Shown: positions 54,895-64,000 of the stretch, one piece after another
Numbering within the stretch: the first letter of the stretch is position 1
How the letters are laid out: each line of letters starts with the position of its first letter
DNA from: the human T2T-CHM13v2.0 reference genome, Homo sapiens
Length of the DNA: 64,000 nucleotides
Strand: one strand, 5' to 3'
Assembly: GCF_009914755.1 (NCBI RefSeq)
Contig: NC_060934.1
Program-made: the position numbers and the translations under genes
Notes under the pieces: generated by a model
What the model was told of the DNA's origin: nothing
The model's input: the letters and a program-made list of their open reading frames with translations, nothing else
Databases searched by the model: none

Positions 54895-57029
54895 CAGGTG
54901 AGGAAAGCAACAAGAATCTGTGTTTGTTCTTTTCTCAAATGCCTAAGATGTATAATCCAAACTACGACATTCAGTTTTTAAAACCTGATTATGTTCATTG
55001 TGTTCTGAAAATGATCATATTCTAAAAAGGAAAAGAGAGCAATAAATCTGATTTCAGCCAAACAAGGTTACAAACTAAATTATCTATTTCCTCTTCAAAA
55101 CTGAATAAAACAATGCTTCGGGGACCCAGGTAATCATTTTAAATGTAATTGGAGGATTCAATTTTAATGGTAATATTGCAACATTTCTTTTGCTTTAGCT
55201 TTCTGCAGTGATAGGTTCTCAGCTATCACATATGGACAACAGCTAGAAATAAATCTGAGACATGTACAATAAGGTCACGTCTAAGAACCTTCAGTTTTAG
55301 AGTACATACAATTCTATGATATTCAAACGATAACAGTTCCAATTTTGCAGCAAAGCAATATCAAATTACACTTACTCTAGGGCTCACAAAAAGCGAGCAC
55401 ATGATTTTAACTTCTTAATATCTGACAATACAGTATTTTATTATCTTGCTGGTTATTTCAATTTGGAGATTAAAAACTAAGGCAAAACCATGTTGCTTAA
55501 GAAGGCTGCTTTCCTTTAAAAACGAACACATTTAAAACATTAAAAAACATATCTCCCTCCTCCTAAAGTACATACTCAATTTCCTCTTTCGTGACAATTT
55601 CATACAATTGAAGAATTCTCAGAAATATCCTCCAGTATTAAATTTGAATAGCCGAGTGTCTGAGAATCAAACATACACAGACTCAAACTTTGTGCTCCCC
55701 GCTTTGCTCTGCAATCTGCACACAGAATGATTACATTTACAAGTCATGTTTACCTGTTTTGTAAGCACACTCAGGTTTCTTAGATACAAAGCCATTTTAA
55801 TTAAGGTGATAGAAGCTCCTTGTGTGCAAAAGATGTAGTATGTATGAGGAGAAATTAATACAAACAGGAAAAACTTTGCATTTGTTATTTGATTCCTTAT
55901 AGATTTAAATTTCTGATTTAAGACTTGCATTAAGGCGGCTTTTGTAGTTCATATACTCCATAATTTATAAACAGAAGAGTGATTCATATGACTCACATTC
56001 TTTCCTAGAGCTGTTTATTAATAATTAAATCATCTTTGTGACTACCATTCAATGTGTCAAACAGAAAACCATGCTGTCTGTATATGCCAATGACTAAAAA
56101 TATCTACTCAAGGTACCATCATTTCCTCTGGTAGAGTTTTTAAAACAAGGCCTATCTATTTGACCCTCATCATATTTAACCAAATATCACAGACAACCTG
56201 TTGGGGTAGGAATAGTGTATGAGTGGGAGTTGCAGGGAGGCAACAGGATGATGGGGGTAGGACAGGATGGTAGAGGGAGGAGAGCCTGTGAGCCTGTTTT
56301 TAAAGGAAAACATATTACTTCCTCAGGCAGACTAAAGAGAACAAGCTCATGTGCTGCTATATTTACCTACAAAACTAGACTCCCACTACTGAATGTCCCT
56401 TAGCCTTTTGTTTTCTGAGCTACAAGATAGAAAGAAAAGGATCACACACACAGACACACCCCTACTTTATACTTCAGGCCTGCACGGTCCTCCATACTTG
56501 AACCCTCTTGCAAACCGTACTAAGAAATATATGTGCACATGCATGTTCTGATTAAGCTGTTTAAAAGCAGCACTGCTAAGGAAACCACATCCTAGTTTTC
56601 TTAAAAGAACAAAGAGAAAGGAAGAGACCAATTTTTAAATCTTACTGTAGTCCCCTATGTTGTTAGGAGAAAAAAAAAAAAGAAGGAAACGTAAAAGAAT
56701 CAACCTGAGGGTATATTCATCTCAAACAATCAGATCCAGAAGGTATGGAAGGAAGGTAGTTTAAAAGAATGTTTTGAAAAATCTAACAATGCTTTAACAG
56801 TCTTCTCAAAGACTAATGACTATCCTCATCGTGTGAAGGAAGGATCAAGAGCCAACATTCAATAACAAAAAAGCTTATTTCGTGTTTAATATATTATTCT
56901 GAACTCATATTCAAGGGGCAATATGTGGCAACCCATTGGGAAAGGGCTGGCGCAGTGGTTTGCAATCTGATAGAACCCAGCCATGCCCAGGGGCACTAGA
57001 CAAGATGCTGCCACTCTGGTCAAAGGTAT

Positions 57030-57300
57030 TTATGTTCACCGTGGGGTGCTATGTTGCTCTGCTGGGAGAAGAACTCTGTTTTGTGGAATTCCATAGACTT
57101 CCTGGTGTAAACACTGCCACCATGGCAAATTTTCAGCTACCAGCATGATGTCACTAAACACGGGGCCGGGAAAAGCTGCACAGTCGTCATTATATAGTAT
57201 TAGCCCTATGTCCATGCCATAAATGTAAATAATTTCAAAAGCAGAGATCATAGTAAAGTATAGCAAAAATAATTAGGAAGTGATGCATTTCAAGTATTAA
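57030..57300. mobile_element. MER63-like hAT DNA transposon fossil
   Basis: ggtgtaaacactgccaccatggcaaattttcagctaccagcatgatgtcactaaacacgggg resembles the MER63 core as I recall it. Confidence 0.55.
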
Positions 57301-59366
57301 TTACCTTTGCTTTTTAGATAATGTATTTAATTTTTAATAATGGCTGTGTTTGACAACCAGCTTGCAAAGTTTCTAAAAATTGATCAATTGGCTCTCACCA
57401 GCCAAGGTGGGCTGATTCCAATAAACCAATGATTCCACATACCTAAAAAAGTATGAATGTCTGTTATTTTCTTAACAGTCATTCTTAAACACTGGGAGAA
57501 TATCAGCCTAATTTTTAGGGGGAAAAAAAAACCTTCAGCCCCTGCACCTGCATATAGAATTTTATTTCCAAGAATATGCAGGGTCAACTTCTTTATCATA
57601 AAGCTGGCTTTCATTATAGGTTATGGGTACAGGCTGTAGATAATGATCTAGAGAAAGCATCATGTAATGCTTGATAGGACTCCTAGAAAAAAGAGAGTTG
57701 TGTGGTGGTGTTCTTCAAGGTCCCTTAGAAACAATACACATTTCTCCCACACTCTGCTCCTCTGGCCCCAGATAGAAAGCTCTACCATAGGCCTTTCTTT
57801 CTTCTGGAGTTGCAGGTTACAGAAAAAGATCACTTATAATTAATGGAATTCTAAGATATTAGAAGTATATTTTTTACTCCAAGACCAGAACAGAGCACTT
57901 AAACAGATAAATGTTGGCCAATGAATGAAAACTAACAAGCCGTTAGAGCTTTCAGTAAGACGTCAGGAGAGCCCCTGGAAGAGAGAGTGGGCTACAAGTC
58001 TCAGGGGAAGGTTTCTCCCATCTCTAACCCTGTAATTTGAAGAAGACAGTAGTACAGATTCCTTCCATGTTAACTGATGGGCAGCAGCCTTATTTCTGTG
58101 CACTGTGGAGGTGCCAGTTTATGAGCTGTCAGTCTGCACATATGGAACAAAAAGGCCCTTGGCTAACACAGAAATTGAAATAAAGTGGCAGTTAGAGCAA
58201 TTTCTTCCTATATGATTCTTGAACACAGAGTATAATGAAGAAACATGATGAGGGGGCCCTGTGTAAACTAGAAAAACTCTAATGAAAAACTATGAAAATC
58301 CCACAGTTCTGAAGCACTGAGAGACAGAAATCTAATCACATTGAAAGAAAATACTGCTCATAGGCCAGGCTTTGTGTTAATATAAGTCTAGAGTTAACTC
58401 TCCTTCTTCTATGCACTTAATCAGACATCTACAGAACACATCTGTTGAGCTGTGTAGCCTTCAGGCTGGGCCATGGTTCCTCGACTTTCCAGGTCTGACT
58501 TATCTATACCTCCCTGAGTTATGGAGGTCAATTTCAGGATTGTAAATCAACTAATTCTATGAAAATGAAAACTGTTGTTCACATTTTGCAATTTAAAAAA
58601 AAGTTTTTAAAAAGAGGGGATCCATAATGCAGGATAACTACTTTTTGAAAAGTCAAATGGCTGTGCTGTATGTTTTCAATTTTAAACCATCACCTTGATA
58701 TGTTTAGGGGTTTAATTTATGGAACAATCAAGCAATCTTTATATTTAACATTAAGTGCCTGAATATTATAAATCATCTTAGATGAACTTTTATGGGAGAG
58801 TTTCAGTGCAACTTCTGAACAACTTGTCACTTTTATTGTATGGCAATGATTTGTAAAAAATGATATGCTAAGTAATCCTAGAGTATAATTTATGGGCACA
58901 AAAACAACTGTCAAGAAACAGCCAGAGACCACATTTAATGAAATCTTTACAGACCGAAGTAATAAGTACTAAATTAATGAACGCAGCTTAATTGAAGCTC
59001 TATTTGTAACTTTTTTTATTAGACTTGTTATTAATGAACCTTTAAATGCTACCACTAACTTGAGCTCTATGTTTAAATTTAAATAATGAACCATTGTTCA
59101 CACACAAAAAAGAACAAACACTGCTTTAATAGCCCTTTGTCTCAATGGGGCTTTCACTCTTATGCATAACTAAGATACAGACATGTCCCTCCTACCTCTC
59201 AACAATTATTTACATGGTTGGCAAGATATAATCATTTAGGCTGCTAAAATAGTCTGAAAATAGCTAACATGAAATCCATAACAAAGTAAAAATGAGGTAG
59301 GAAAAGATTATACAAGAATTTTGGTTGATCTCAAAGATAATGTTTTCAAATCTGTGCTTTCAGTGC

Positions 59367-59510
59367 TTTTATTTATTTATTTATTTATTTTAGAGAGAGA
59401 ATGGAATGATCTGTTGCCCAGGCTGGATTTGGAATCCTGGGCTCCAGCATTCCTCCCAGTTCAGCCTCCCAAGTAGCTGGGATTACAGGTGTGCACTACC
59501 GTGTCCAGTT
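59367..59510 (-). mobile_element. Alu monomer (FAM/FRAM-like) with (TTTA)n, about 70 bp from the exon donor
   Basis: tcagcctcccaagtagctgggattacaggtgtgcactacc. Confidence 0.8.
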
Positions 59511-59581
59511 TTTAGTACTTTTTGCTAAGCTCACACTCCTGTATGTTTAAGGAGATTCTGGTTTGGGATGGTAACGACTTA

Positions 59582-59929
<348 letters not shown>

Positions 59930-61131
59930 CTAGCAACATGGACTGCAATGCTGTTTAACTTTGAGTAGAATTAAAATGGAACATGTGATGTGGATGCCTC
60001 CTACGTGAAGATCGTGTGCCAAGTCAGTAGCAGCAAAACAGCAGCTTCCTGGTGGGATGCTGATGCACCCACAGAAACACCCTCTAAGAATCAGATTGTA
60101 CACTACTAGGGGGGTGCCAGCAAGACCTTGTTATACAGCGCAGACCTCTAAGGGTCCCGTGTACTATATTTGCAAGATGAAAAGAAAGAAAATAAGCAGG
60201 CCTTCCCAAAGTGCTTCCTTTCTTCTTGGGTAAGAATAATGCAGATACACTCTGGCCCCTCATTAATTTGCTGGACTACACCATTCAATGTCAGCACAAG
60301 GACTTCTTTCCTTAGGCTCCCAACATATCCTGCTCACACAGAAGAGCAGATTATTTTGGCTTATATCTACAACAGATCTGCACAGCCTCTGTAACTCTTC
60401 TTTGCATAAGGCCAACATCAGAAGTAAATGCTACTATATATTCTAATCCTAAACAATCTTGCATGCCTATCTGCATCATGGCGGCTGAACAGAGGTAGAG
60501 GGAGCCATGAAAATGAGTAAATCAATAAGTGCACTTCTCTGGACTTTGCAGATAAAAGATCTGCTTAGTGATAACAATATTCCATTCCTTGAACCAACAC
60601 TTCGTAAGCACATGGTCCAAGGGCACTTCAATACCCCAAACTTTTTGCAGTTGAAAGAACGACAAGTAACTGAAGTAAGTCTCCCCCTACCAAAAGAGCT
60701 TAAACATTTCTCTATTAAATAAGAAGCAGAGAGACACGTATGAACATCCACTCTCAGAAATCTTTCTTTCGAGACTGGTCACCTAAGGTTCTCCTCCAAA
60801 TACAATGAGAATTATAGGGGGCCATAAGGTTAATTACTCCGTGAATTCTTAAGTCATTTTTCTTTTTCCAGCATCAACAAAGAAAGTATAGATCATTATT
60901 TCTGAGTTTCTTATAACAAAGAGCCAAACAGAATGGTTCGGCCTCTTCCCAAACTTTTGCAAAGAACTGACCTCCAAATCAAGTTAATATATCCTCAGTA
61001 AAATTCAGTCCTTCCTCTCTACCAGCAAGGAGCACTTTCAATAGCAATACACAATTATCGTGGGTATAATAAGACCAGCTAAAAGGGTCCCAATATCTTA
61101 GATTTCTGCTATTAAACCCTCACAAATCTGA

Positions 61132-61858
<727 letters not shown>

Positions 61859-64000
61859 CAAGCATATAAATGACTTCAGAAACGTTAGCCTTCCTCTGAA
61901 CTGCGAGTTATCTCATTGTAAGCCATTGTCTTCCTCCAAAGGACATGGTGGCTTTTAAGAAAATTTGCTCCTTTTCCTCGCTATTAAGATATAAATAGTA
62001 ATTGTGCACGTTTATTAGAAGAAGCCAGTTACAACTAGAAGGACATAGTGAAAATCCATAATCTTACAAATAATACTGAGTTCAGGCTATAATTTTTTGT
62101 GGTGTACACAGAGCAGGGAAAGAATATCCTGGCAGTTGGCCCAAGGGCTTACTAATTATGTGCAGCCTTTTCAAATGAGAGCTCCCCCAAAGAATGTAAA
62201 CATAGCTCAAGCAGGGCTGTAGTGTGTTGCTTAATGCCCTTGAACATGGCTGTGTTCTATCTGCTTGTGAACCAGTACTTCAGGTTTTTGAGATATGGGT
62301 GTGGCCACAAATGTGAGATAATTGACCAAATAATTACAGAACAATTCCCAGAAGTTCTCTGGAGCTATAAAAACCTAGGTCTATTGGTATACTCAAACTA
62401 GATAAATGGAAGCTAGTGAATTTTGTATAATTCCTGCATGGAAACCTCCTTTCACCTATACTTCCAAAGCTCTTTATTTGTACAATCTTTTATTATTGCA
62501 CTTCTCATATGATATCACATACATGTCTCCCTCCCATTCTCTAAGCTCCTCAAATGAAGACTGTGGGGCAAACAGCAGCTGCTCATAAATGGCTGCATAA
62601 ATGAAAGACTTTTGGTAAAAACTGACTTGTGACTTTATCCTGACCAAAACTTTATCTAATCGCCAGGTATCACCATTCCTCTAGCTTTAGAAAAATGCTT
62701 ACTGTTCTCTCATCAAGCCTGACAAGACTAGCCACAATCTGACTACAGTAACACTAGGTAGGAATGCTCATGATATTTGGTTTAGCTCTAATTAGTTTCT
62801 GGTATATTTTCATGCTATTATTGTTAGTGCTGTATGCATCATTTAATAGATTTTACGACCCTCTACAATGTCTGAAACTATAAACAGAAAAATGAGCTCA
62901 ATAAATGTAAATGATTTAGTCTTCCACAGCAACCATTATCATAAATCATGAATGGAACTATCAGTAGCGATTCTGTTAGTTTTCTGCCTAATAGTTTTGG
63001 CAGAAGTTCAAGGGGCATATGTCGGCTCTTGGCTTGGGAACAGAATAATGGCAGTGCCTTCACAACTCACTATATGCTGAAGTCACGTTTGTTGCCAATT
63101 CTTTTCATATTCAAAATAATTTTCTGGTGTATGTAACACAACTTATTTTCTAAAGTATGTGAAATAAAGTAGTATGAAATCAATTATTAGCTTCAGGTTT
63201 TGTAACCTCATTTTATAAAATTAAAAGTCCTACCTCTGTTTCCTGCCCCAAGCCAGTGGACTGTTTAAAATGACACTTGCACATTGGAGGATTCTTTATG
63301 CTTGTTCTGAACATTCTAAATTAGATAATACATTATCACAGAAACTCTTCTGGGGGTGTACTGATTTAACTAATCCCTTTGAATGCCAACTAATTAAAAA
63401 TATTTAGCAATATGTAGCTTCATATGTACAAACATAAGATGTTCTTTTAAAGTACTGAATTATATATACTTCAAATTCTGAAATTATTTGATAGAGAAAA
63501 ATCTTTATCCTGCTCCTATGCAGAAATATTGTAGTTTCAAAAGCTCAAATAAATTGGTTACACATGCTTAATTTTTGAAAAAAATATACATATTCAAAGT
63601 CACTGATGTACTAGTCAGATTTTAGGTTTTAAAATAAATCTGTACATTTAATACTAGCTTTATAATTAGGTACATAAAATATCTTTATTCCCTTAAACGA
63701 ACATGCATATAAACAATTTTTCAAGTAAGAAAAGTACTAGTAATATATCAGCAATAAATGGCTTGATCTATTGTGTTCATACAGCAAATTACAAGGTAAG
63801 AACTAATCATAAATTTACATTTAGATAATGTACTATTTTAAGTGCTATATACATTTCTTGATTTTTTTCTCTTTAATTTTGCTCATTTTGACAGACTATT
63901 TGCTTTCCTTTTGCAGATACCCTACACAAAGAGCGATGATTATCTCCTTCCAAACAAATAGAAATTTCCATTTTTGACAACATTTCTGCCTGTTTAAACC

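Overview
This is primate (almost certainly human) genomic DNA: AT-rich, CpG-depleted and dense in Alu, L1, L2, MIR, MaLR and DNA-transposon fossils. The whole window lies inside the cell-polarity gene PARD3 (Par-3), transcribed on the minus strand. Three internal coding exons splice in frame at canonical GT-AG sites: 59814-59583 (232 nt), 26729-26619 (111 nt) and 12383-12141 (243 nt). From recalled numbering they encode about aa 948-1143 of full-length PAR3. A fourth exon, absent from the ORF track, is an alternative last exon (CDS 54858-54828). It has a perfect TACTAAC branch point and an AATAAA signal, and ends the protein as ...GDMFSLAKLKPEKR*, which matches the short PAR3 isoform. Nearly all other listed ORFs are repeat-derived or chance. 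I found no prokaryotic-type system, CRISPR array, RNA gene or foreign insert. The best leads concern RNA processing: the branch-point-controlled long/short isoform switch, symmetric exons flanked by inverted Alus that could form stop-free circRNAs, and a close inverted Alu pair. There are also two non-TE duplications and some candidate intronic enhancers. Repeat boundaries and subfamily calls were made by eye and are approximate.
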